Source of the DNA: a virus
Reading direction: 5' to 3' (one strand)
DNA length: 64,000 nt
IMG/VR virus record: IMGVR_UViG_3300028394_000055
Span: 1 to 64,000 of that record
This document shows, piece after piece, positions 56,969 to 64,000 of this stretch. The position numbers were made by a program, and so were the translations under genes. The notes beneath the pieces were generated by a model. It was not told the origin of the DNA. It searched no databases and was given only the letters and a program-made list of their open reading frames with translations. Every line of letters begins with the position of its first letter. Within the stretch, counting starts at the first letter, position 1.

Positions 56969-57313
56969 CTATGTCAAGTCGCCGCGAATGTCCGTGTTCA
57001 GCGCAGGGTTAATCAAGCGACGCAGTTCAACTTCCCGCTTGTGAGCAGCAGCCTTACCACGTATGATCTCATGCACACGAATCTCAATCTCGCTCTTGTC
57101 ATTCAAAGAGCGCAAAGCCACGCACAGGGCCCAGTCCTTGTTCTCAGTCTTGGCACGATAGAAGTGCTTGGCTGCACGAGCACGAACTGACTTCAATACA
57201 GTGGTCTCTGTCTTAGCAGTGACACCAATGTAGTTGAGGCCGTTGACCACTAGTTCATACACTATGTGATTGCGGTCTACACGCTTCTTACGAGTAACAG
57301 TTTCTTTGTTCAT
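56969..57313 (-). CDS. GIY-YIG-like protein
   Basis: HIVYEL....NYIGVT...R...H, E..L...LN; ATG 6 nt after TATAAT. Confidence 0.6.
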   Translation of the reverse strand: MNKETVTRKKRVDRNHIVYELVVNGLNYIGVTAKTETTVLKSVRARAAKHFYRAKTENKDWALCVALRSLNDKSEIEIRVHEIIRGKAAAHKREVELRRLINPALNTDIRGDLT

Positions 57314-58149
57314 GTATGTATTATAACAAGGTTTTACCACTTTGTCAATAACTTTCTTTCTGTAGGGTTATTCGTTGTTTTCCCACAACATGACCGGCAC
57401 TCCTGTGAAACTTAACATAATGCCAAAAGAAAACCCTATTACCACAAGGGTCTTAGGGTCTCTTAGTCAGTACATTCAGCAAGTCTCTGTCGTACTGCCC
57501 GATCAGCTTGTTCCAATGTAGTCTCCTACACGTGCCTTTACCACCGGATGTTTACGTGGTCACTGATTCAACTCCAGTAGCATATAGTCTATGACTGTAC
57601 TCAATACCGCTTATAGAACTCCCAGGCATCCGGCCCCTGTTCTAGGTCACTGTATCTATCCTGGCGTTTACGGTTTATATATACACTACCCACAGTGGAG
57701 TTATACTCTACGAGTACATGTCTTAGCATACATGTATATAGTATAACATACTCTCACACTTTGGACAACACATGATCTCGTGTGTGTTGCACTAGTACAA
57801 CATTGACTACACAGTAGTTATACACGTAGATTACCGTGGCAGAATCGTCACGAAACGATGCAAAAACGGTCTAATTAGAGTGGAAATTGTCCCGATCTCC
57901 ACCATTTTCACACTGAATCATAGTGATTTTTATAGTGTTTTTAGAATGGAACAGGGTGGGGATGAGAGGCTATCGTAAGATACTCTACCATACTTTCACA
58001 GTAGTCTCACAGTGTTTTCATAGTGTAATACCAAAGTAGATTTAGAGGCTATACCAAAGTAAATCTCAACCTTAGACTACGGTCCAGAGGACCCCTGAAG
58101 GGGAGGATCGACTTCTATATAGGTGTTTGTTTTGAGTGTCGGCCCCTAT

Positions 58150-58215
58150 AGCGGGGTATTTGGCACTAGGCCTACAGCGGGGTATTTGGCACTAGGCCTA
58201 CAGCGGGGTATTTGG
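58150..58215 (+). repeat. 26-bp tandem repeat (2.5 copies)
   Basis: AGCGGGGTATTTGGCACTAGGCCTAC x2 plus AGCGGGGTATTTGG. Confidence 0.9.
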
Positions 58216-58400
58216 TATATAGTGTATATACACAGTGGTGATCACGCTGTGCATATACTCAATTCAAAGAGTGTTCCAGCGGGGTATTCATTACCAGTTA
58301 AGTCTATGGCATATATGGTAAGCAATGCCCAAGATGATCATAGGTCCGCTAATGGCGAGTAGTTCTAGCATGTTATATTCTCCTTATATTCAAGTAGTAT

Positions 58401-59006
58401 TTAACGCCAAGGGGGTCCAGCCACCCAGCCCACCAAACTTGCACGTTGTCCTGTAAGTAAGGGAGTAACGCGATGCATCTGGAAACTGGGGAATACATGT
58501 AAAGCGCCCTGTTCTCTGCCCGCTAGATGTGTTTCCTCATGTCCCAGCATCATTTCCAGATCGCATCCTGTATACAGTGTAGGGTCAGTCAGTTGTAGAC
58601 TAAAGCTAAGTTTTCTATTGTGCATACCTTTGTAGTACCACATATCCACATGTGATTCATTAGCATCGTTAGGATGTAGATATTCTGTATATTGTAAGCA
58701 TTCTATGTAGTCCAAATCGTATTTAAAAGCCTGTTCATTAACGGTCATTATTTGGTCAGTCAATCGTTTGTATATCCATTGTGTATCGATATTACCGCTA
58801 TCAAACCAACGTATAGTACTTCTTCTTATATTATTATCAATGCTATCAGTTCTACCCACACGGGCGGGTATTCTAGGATATTGTTCAGCCAGTTGTTGGA
58901 TTGTTTGGCATTCCATTGGAGTAAACGCTGGATTAAGGGTAACCCAGGGATTGTGGGTAGTTTGTTTAAGATACCATTGTGAGTGGAAGTAGTTGTTCAT
59001 AGTCAA
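58401..59006 (-). CDS. 2OG-Fe(II) oxygenase (prolyl-hydroxylase/PKHD-type)
   Basis: HVD, RKLS.SLQL, Y.G.DL, FPSF..HRVTP...G.R.SLVGW. Confidence 0.85.
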   Translation of the reverse strand: MTMNNYFHSQWYLKQTTHNPWVTLNPAFTPMECQTIQQLAEQYPRIPARVGRTDSIDNNIRRSTIRWFDSGNIDTQWIYKRLTDQIMTVNEQAFKYDLDYIECLQYTEYLHPNDANESHVDMWYYKGMHNRKLSFSLQLTDPTLYTGCDLEMMLGHEETHLAGREQGALHVFPSFQMHRVTPLLTGQRASLVGWVAGPPWR

Positions 59007-59012
59007 GTGTGT

Positions 59013-59810
59013 TCAGTATCGTGAAAAAAAGCCCAGTGGAATACCGTTTGGAAACATAATCTGCGCTGAGCGCTCCGCGCTTGGTTCAGTATTTTTTAAA
59101 GTTATCAGCATTGATTTAGTAAGTTCAACGCCTGCACTAGTAGATTTTCTCCATTCAAGTAACGTATCAGTATGGAAATCTACCTCGGGTATATCAGTAA
59201 ACCTACTCAATTTAGATATAATAATAGAGGGATTCAGTGTAAACATTTCTTTCCAAGTAACATTAATGGAGTTATCATCTGTTACAAAGGTTGAAGAGTC
59301 AAACAAGTAGTTATTAAATCTAAAGTGACCTGCCCAAATTTTTATCAATTTTCCGGGTGGAGTATTAAGTAAATCCATTGATTGGTCAAATCGTTGAGCA
59401 TGTTCATTTTCGTCAAGTCCCCATTTGCCCAACAAGACCAATCCCAAACAAACGCAATCTGTTTGATCAAAGGTAATATTAATAACTTTAGGATATCTAG
59501 TTCTAAGTATGTTCAAATTTACATTTTCCGAGCAAACAAAGTAAGGTGGTTGGGTAATACCTATCAAATCAGGGGAATGCACCAGTTCTACTATGCCCTC
59601 CATTTGATTTTTAAAGGGCATCCATGGCCAAAAAGGTTTTTCGTGCAGCCTATATTCTCTTTTACTGTAATGGCAGTTACCGTGTCGACTGAATTCAAAT
59701 CCATCTTGAGATTTAGTTTTAGCCTGTGTAAGCCATGAAGCAAGGAAATTACCCCCTGTGCCTCCTAAAAACCTCACGGGTATAAATTCAAATTTTATCT
59801 CCTGTGTCAT
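59013..59810 (-). CDS. Hypothetical protein, paralogue family A
   Basis: VRFLGGTGGNFL ... GNCH. Confidence 0.55.
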   Translation of the reverse strand: MTQEIKFEFIPVRFLGGTGGNFLASWLTQAKTKSQDGFEFSRHGNCHYSKREYRLHEKPFWPWMPFKNQMEGIVELVHSPDLIGITQPPYFVCSENVNLNILRTRYPKVINITFDQTDCVCLGLVLLGKWGLDENEHAQRFDQSMDLLNTPPGKLIKIWAGHFRFNNYLFDSSTFVTDDNSINVTWKEMFTLNPSIIISKLSRFTDIPEVDFHTDTLLEWRKSTSAGVELTKSMLITLKNTEPSAERSAQIMFPNGIPLGFFSRY

Positions 59811-60180
59811 GATATTTCTCTTCTATAATAGCACTACCGCAAATCAAATTAATCTCATATTTAATTGTGGCTCTTGCATCGTTTTTCAAGTATACATTTC
59901 GAGCAGCATCTATAAAGGCTTGATCAAAGCAGGCCTTATGTTCACACGCACGTTTGTAGTTCTCTATATGCCACAGTTCTAAATTAGTGGTGTATAGTTC
60001 TTGTTCTTTGTATTTAATTTCTGTTGGCAGGGTTAGTTGTTCGTATATAAGGGCAAGTTCTTCTCGTTCTTTGCGTACATTGGCCAATTTAAATGGATTA
60101 ATGACTTCTTTGAGTTTAATATCTAGGATAGTGATCTTATCGATCAGTTCGCCTACAGATATTGGAGCAAACACTATCAT
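59788..60180 (-). CDS. DUF6165-like protein
   Basis: PISVGELIDKITIL.IK ... N..LW.IE ... AR.VY..ND.RA.IK..IN. Confidence 0.7.
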   Translation of the reverse strand: MIVFAPISVGELIDKITILDIKLKEVINPFKLANVRKEREELALIYEQLTLPTEIKYKEQELYTTNLELWHIENYKRACEHKACFDQAFIDAARNVYLKNDARATIKYEINLICGSAIIEEKYHDTGDKI

Positions 60181-60935
60181 CCCGGAGTACCCACTGTCTT
60201 ATGCTGTGCTGGTAGTGTGGGATTAGCGAGCCAAGTCCACTGTGTGCCAAACACTGGTTGCCAATTCAAGTGGTGTAATGGTATAAAGTATTTGTCTTCG
60301 CCCAATTTCAGTTGATCTGTCATATTAGCAAACACCGAATTAGTCATAATAATGCTCTGAGCGCCTTCGATGATCTTAATCCAATCAAATATGTAGCCAT
60401 CATCGTCGATATTAACTATATCCCAGCCCTCGGGTACTGTGCTAGTGTCAAATGGTGCTGTAAAAGCAGAGGATTTCAAGTGTGTGACCACATAGTTAGG
60501 GTTTTTAACCTTACGATCGTAAAGTGCTTGTTCTCTCTCTGAGTCACGTTTAATACATTCGTTCAAGCGCCATTTCTCTAAGAATGGAACACCTGCCTGT
60601 ACATATTTGTATTGATCAAACGTGGTAAATTGGAAGAAGGGTTCGTTTGAGAATTCAGGGTGGCCAGTTAGGGCATTGTATAAGCAGATAATCTCATCGC
60701 ATTTAAAGTTCTTCAGACGTTCCAAGGGTATATCGTAGAAGAATGGGCCAGCATCAGCAGGAATAGGAATCCATTTAACCCAAGGAGCATAGTGTTTCAT
60801 TTGTTCAACCCAAACATCTGTAATGGGCCAATGGATATCGTATCCTTGTTCTTGATAGTGTAGGGCTATGGGTAGGGCAATAATAATATCACCCAGGCCT
60901 CTACTCTGTATAATTCCTAATCTTTTATTTGCCAT
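60177..60935 (-). CDS. GT-B (family 9/heptosyltransferase-like) glycosyltransferase
   Basis: GLGDIII.LP N-terminal motif; I..A..II..NS. Confidence 0.55.
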   Translation of the reverse strand: MANKRLGIIQSRGLGDIIIALPIALHYQEQGYDIHWPITDVWVEQMKHYAPWVKWIPIPADAGPFFYDIPLERLKNFKCDEIICLYNALTGHPEFSNEPFFQFTTFDQYKYVQAGVPFLEKWRLNECIKRDSEREQALYDRKVKNPNYVVTHLKSSAFTAPFDTSTVPEGWDIVNIDDDGYIFDWIKIIEGAQSIIMTNSVFANMTDQLKLGEDKYFIPLHHLNWQPVFGTQWTWLANPTLPAQHKTVGTPG

Positions 60936-61953
60936 TTTGAGCGTTCCAATCGTTTGTACACATATCGTTAACTAGAGTTTCTAGTGTATGTTTAGGAGTC
61001 CAACCCATTTTTGTACGGGCTTTAGTACTATCACCTAGTAGTGTATTAACATCAGCAGGTCTATAGAATTCTGGGTTAACTTTATATATGGTGTTGCCTG
61101 TATTGAGATCAATGCCTATTTCGTCTGTGCCCTGTCCTTGCCATTGTAAGTTCATACCATGCCATTTAGCCACAAGTTCGCAGAATTCGCGGACGCTATG
61201 TTGTTTACCGGTGCTGAGGATATAGTCATCGGGTTTATCTTGTTGTAGCATAAGCCACATGCCATTGACAAAGTCTTCAGCATGGCCCCAATCTCTAAGG
61301 GCATCAATGTTACCTAGTTCAACGCAAGGTTGTAGGCCAGCACGTACACGGGCCACACCCAGGGTGATCTTACGTGTAACAAATGTTTCGCCTCTACGTG
61401 GGCTTTCGTGATTGAATAGTATACCTGAGCAGCCGTATAGGCCATAACTTTCTCTATAGTTAACAGTAATCCAATGTCCAAACAGTTTGGCTACCCCATA
61501 AGGGCTACGTGGGTAGAATGCAGTAGTTTCCTTTTGTGGAACTTCCTGCACCTGTCCAAACATCTCACTAGTACTTGCTTGATAGAATTTAACATTTTTC
61601 TTTTTGTTCAGTGTACGTATAGCTTCAAGCATACGTAGCACCCCTATAGCATTTGATTCTGCTGTAAGACTGGGTAGAGCAAAACTCACATGTACATGGC
61701 TTTGGGCTGCTAAATTATATACTTCATCGGGTTGAGTTTCTAATAGCACATTCATAATATTACCAGAATCGGTAACATCGCCATAGTGTAGTTTTAGTCT
61801 ATGTCGTATATGTTGTATATTGGGCATAACATCCCAATTAGTTGTTTTACGCACCATACCGTAGACATCGTATCCTTTATTCAGTAGTAGTTCTGCCAAA
61901 TAGGATCCGTCTTGTCCGGTAATACCTGTTATCAATGCTGATTTGTTTGTCAT
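60925..61953 (-). CDS. gmd: GDP-mannose 4,6-dehydratase
   Basis: GITGQDGSYLAE, NLAAQSHV, YQASTSE, PRSPYGVAK, ILFNHESPRRG, RDWGHA. Confidence 0.95.
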   Translation of the reverse strand: MTNKSALITGITGQDGSYLAELLLNKGYDVYGMVRKTTNWDVMPNIQHIRHRLKLHYGDVTDSGNIMNVLLETQPDEVYNLAAQSHVHVSFALPSLTAESNAIGVLRMLEAIRTLNKKKNVKFYQASTSEMFGQVQEVPQKETTAFYPRSPYGVAKLFGHWITVNYRESYGLYGCSGILFNHESPRRGETFVTRKITLGVARVRAGLQPCVELGNIDALRDWGHAEDFVNGMWLMLQQDKPDDYILSTGKQHSVREFCELVAKWHGMNLQWQGQGTDEIGIDLNTGNTIYKVNPEFYRPADVNTLLGDSTKARTKMGWTPKHTLETLVNDMCTNDWNAQNGK

Positions 61954-61978
61954 AGTCACCTTTGTGTGAGATTGTTTT

Positions 61979-62007
61979 ATTATATACGTATTTAATGTTT
62001 AAGTCAA
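61979..62007 (-). promoter_or_regulatory. Dual early/late promoter of the gmd operon
   Basis: TTGACT-17-TATAAT with TAAATA inside the spacer. Confidence 0.65.
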
Positions 62008-62057
62008 TGTTATCAAAAGGATATTGACTAAATATTATATTAATAATATCATACATC

Positions 62058-62855
62058 ATGACTGTAACTACATTAACCACCATCAATTCTAATGATTATA
62101 ATACTGATGTCAATCTAATAGAGGATATACTAGGGTTAGGTGAAAACGGTTGGGGATTGCCGTTAATATCGTCAAACCCCACCCCATCAGGTAGAAAAAT
62201 ATATGCCTCTAGTTATAACAATTTACTCAAAGATATAAACGTAGCGCATTTACATATAACCAACGCCTCTAGTAGCACCGTTGCCGCTACAAGTTCTACA
62301 ACTATTAGAGCCAACTACACCAATGAATTATCCGATATAGTAAATTGGTTGTATGATGACACTAGGAGATATACATGTCATCCACAGCAATATTTTCGAA
62401 TCAACAAAGCGGGTGGTGGAACCACTTCTACACTCATTGCTTCATCGGCTACTAGTATTAGGACATACTCATGGGGTGCCAATGATACCACACAAATATC
62501 GCATGAAGTAACATGTAGATTTCGTAGTAGATTAGCGGCTCGATACTATTTCAATCAAGGTAATTATCTATCTTGGTCGCCGTTTTATACAACTGGATTT
62601 ATAAATGATCTTGATGCCGAGTGGGCTACTTTTATTGATTATCTAGCAGTAAACGGTGTTGTACATTATGGACGAGAAGAATATATAACCGGAGACAGCC
62701 TTGTAGAATACACTAGCGGAACACTATATGTTAGTGTATATGCCAACCGATCCGATGATGAAGCCGCAGTGGATTTCAAAATACTTTATGGTAATGTCGC
62801 AACTCCAAATTTATTAATAACTCCAGCAGTCGGAGTTTACAACATAATATTATAA
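62058..62855 (+). CDS. Putative virion structural protein
   Basis: G....GWG, D...AHLHI, ARYYFNQG motifs. Confidence 0.6.
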   Translation: MTVTTLTTINSNDYNTDVNLIEDILGLGENGWGLPLISSNPTPSGRKIYASSYNNLLKDINVAHLHITNASSSTVAATSSTTIRANYTNELSDIVNWLYDDTRRYTCHPQQYFRINKAGGGTTSTLIASSATSIRTYSWGANDTTQISHEVTCRFRSRLAARYYFNQGNYLSWSPFYTTGFINDLDAEWATFIDYLAVNGVVHYGREEYITGDSLVEYTSGTLYVSVYANRSDDEAAVDFKILYGNVATPNLLITPAVGVYNIIL

Positions 62856-62856
62856 T

Positions 62857-64000
62857 ATGTCTACACCAGCAACCCCAATCACATTCACATTACATAATAA
62901 TAGTACAAGTAGCATTGCTATACGTAGTATAAGTTATGTTGATGCTGCCGAAATTCAACATGTATCAGATTATACAGGTATAGGTGGCACCTCCGGAGAC
63001 ACTCGGGGAGATACAATTGTAAGACATACAAAGTTGTATGAGTATGGTGACTATCTGCAAAAGAATTTTGTAAGAGACACAAAACCTGCAAGTGCAAGAT
63101 ATACCACAATGACTGGTGTGACATTGACAGTTGAAAGCGTATTAAACATACAACCGGGTTGGATTGCTTCGGGAAATGGATTAACTGGAAGATCAGTTGT
63201 AACAGTAACCCCACCTACCACTTTAACACTTGATGGCACATATTCTAGTCCGCCCCCTCCTACAATTGGTGGAACTGTTACTTTTTCTACAACTACCAAG
63301 GCTATTATAGTAAACAATTCCACTAATCTAGGATTAGGTTGGAAAATTATAGGTAATGGTTATGAATTAGCAGACAATGCAATAATCACATCTATAAATG
63401 GTAGCACATTAGAAGTTAATGTGTTATCAGGAACTAATTCGGTAGTAGGAAGTCCCTTTACCTTTTCATCTTCAACAAATTATCTAACACTCAATAACAA
63501 TACAAGTCTTGAAACCGGATTTAGTGCAAAAAACAATGGTTATAATGATACACAAAATATAATATCTGTTTTAATAGATGGTAAAACAGTTCAAATGAGT
63601 GCACCTCCTGGTAGTCTTCCTACAGTGGGTAATCCTATTACGTTCACATCTAATGCAAATCTAGTTGTAATACCAGCCTACAGTGAAGTTACTTTCTCAA
63701 TCAATTATACAAGTGGTGGACCAGTAGGTACAAACTATTATTCAGCGATAACCATAAATGCTACTCAGTTGCCATCCACTCCATTAGTGGGTCATATAGA
63801 TAATTATGTAAATATAGCAACTCCTGCTGCACCCCCTCCTGCACCAGGCTCACCAACTACAACATACACAACAACATATACCGGTGGTGGACAAGGTGGT
63901 AATCGTCAAACTTACGTAACAACCACTTATGGTTATGCAGACGGCTCTACACTCTCCATTACAACTAATGAAAATGGTACTATAACATCACAAAGTTCAA
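62857..64000 (+). CDS. Thr/Ser/Gly-rich putative tail protein, 3'-truncated by window edge (not in ORF track)
   Basis: ATG at 62857; frame appears open to the window end; repeated GW/GF...GNG modules. Confidence 0.7.
   Translation, partial: MSTPATPITFTLHNNSTSSIAIRSISYVDAAEIQHVSDYTGIGGTSGDTRGDTIVRHTKLYEYGDYLQKNFVRDTKPASARYTTMTGVTLTVESVLNIQPGWIASGNGLTGRSVVTVTPPTTLTLDGTYSSPPPPTIGGTVTFSTTTKAIIVNNSTNLGLGWKIIGNGYELADNAIITSINGSTLEVNVLSGTNSVVGSPFTFSSSTNYLTLNNNTSLETGFSAKNNGYNDTQNIISVLIDGKTVQMSAPPGSLPTVGNPITFTSNANLVVIPAYSEVTFSINYTSGGPVGTNYYSAITINATQLPSTPLVGHIDNYVNIATPAAPPPAPGSPTTTYTTTYTGGGQGGNRQTYVTTTYGYADGSTLSITTNENGTITSQSS

Larger units (their letters stand above)
46584..57348 (-). repeat. Dispersed array of 23 sigma70 promoter-leader-RBS modules heading short genes
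   Basis: Leftmost plus-strand base of each -35 box: 46633, 47037, 47281, 47485, 48079, 48326, 48787, 49362, 49865, 50408, 50667, 51079, 51563, 52381, 53301, 53569, 54002, 54868, 55211, 56160, 56452, 56972, 57343. All have 17-bp spacers; 8 share the exact 17-mer CTTACACACTAAGGAGC. Confidence 0.92.

Noticed and set aside
45635-57190. Plus-strand ORFs of 60-136 aa listed across the island
   Set aside because: They are antisense shadows of minus-strand genes that have promoters and RBSs, and are expected in GC-richer DNA.
48946-57340. Longer ORF-track starts (49458, 50173, 50691, 52337, 56969, 57340)
   Set aside because: These extensions run through promoter/leader modules or the upstream gene. 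Downstream ATGs have proper RBS or TSS spacing.
46584-57348. CRISPR array interpretation of the dispersed repeats
   Set aside because: The repeats are promoter/RBS sequences separated by 200-950 bp of coding DNA, not uniform spacers, and no cas genes are present.
46584-57348. Classical integron (attC cassettes)
   Set aside because: No intI in the window and no clear RYYYAAC...GTTRRRY attC folds. The cassettes carry their own promoters. Kept only as an analogy.
57433-57470. Telomere-like TTAGGG repeats
   Set aside because: Only isolated matches, better explained by the ACCCTA-N7-TAGGGT palindrome.
58150-58215. Mini-CRISPR
   Set aside because: The units are head-to-tail with no spacers.
58123-58362. 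79-aa plus-strand ORF over the tandem repeat
   Set aside because: GTG start, and the 26-bp repeat is not a multiple of three; probably non-coding.
1-64000. Stop-codon reassignment, tRNA genes, introns or inteins
   Set aside because: Core genes are intact in the standard code and use all three stops. No tRNA cloverleaf was recognised. terL, UvsX, primase and helicase have normal lengths.

Overview
This is a 64-kb segment of a large T4-like myovirus (jumbo-phage-type gene set, standard genetic code, no tRNA or CRISPR seen). Positions 1-26 kb hold virion genes: tail fibre with S74 chaperone, neck gp13/14/15-like proteins, sheath, tube, subtilisin, gp4-like nuclease, terminase and putative protease-processed head proteins. 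Positions 27-40 kb hold replication and recombination genes: gp32 SSB, UvsX, UvsY, UvsW, dCMP deaminase, a miniature DnaE, primase and helicase. Positions 40-45 kb and 58-62 kb hold accessory enzymes (AlgH/YqgE, nucleotidyltransferase, HAD nucleotidase, gmd, glycosyltransferases, 2OG oxygenases). The most striking part is a GC-richer island at about 45.1-57.4 kb with roughly 37 short minus-strand genes. It is organised as a cassette array in which 23 sigma70 promoters (all with 17-bp spacers, 18 perfect TTGACA/TATAAT) sit on repeated leader/RBS modules. Many promoters carry spacer hairpins or a recurring palindrome (ACCCTA-N7-TAGGGT). One cassette contains a 212-nt structured non-coding element closed by a 21-bp stem. 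Elsewhere, many late genes have TAAATA only 4-7 nt before the ATG, which suggests widespread leaderless mRNAs. All protein calls come from motif recognition by eye, not from database searches.
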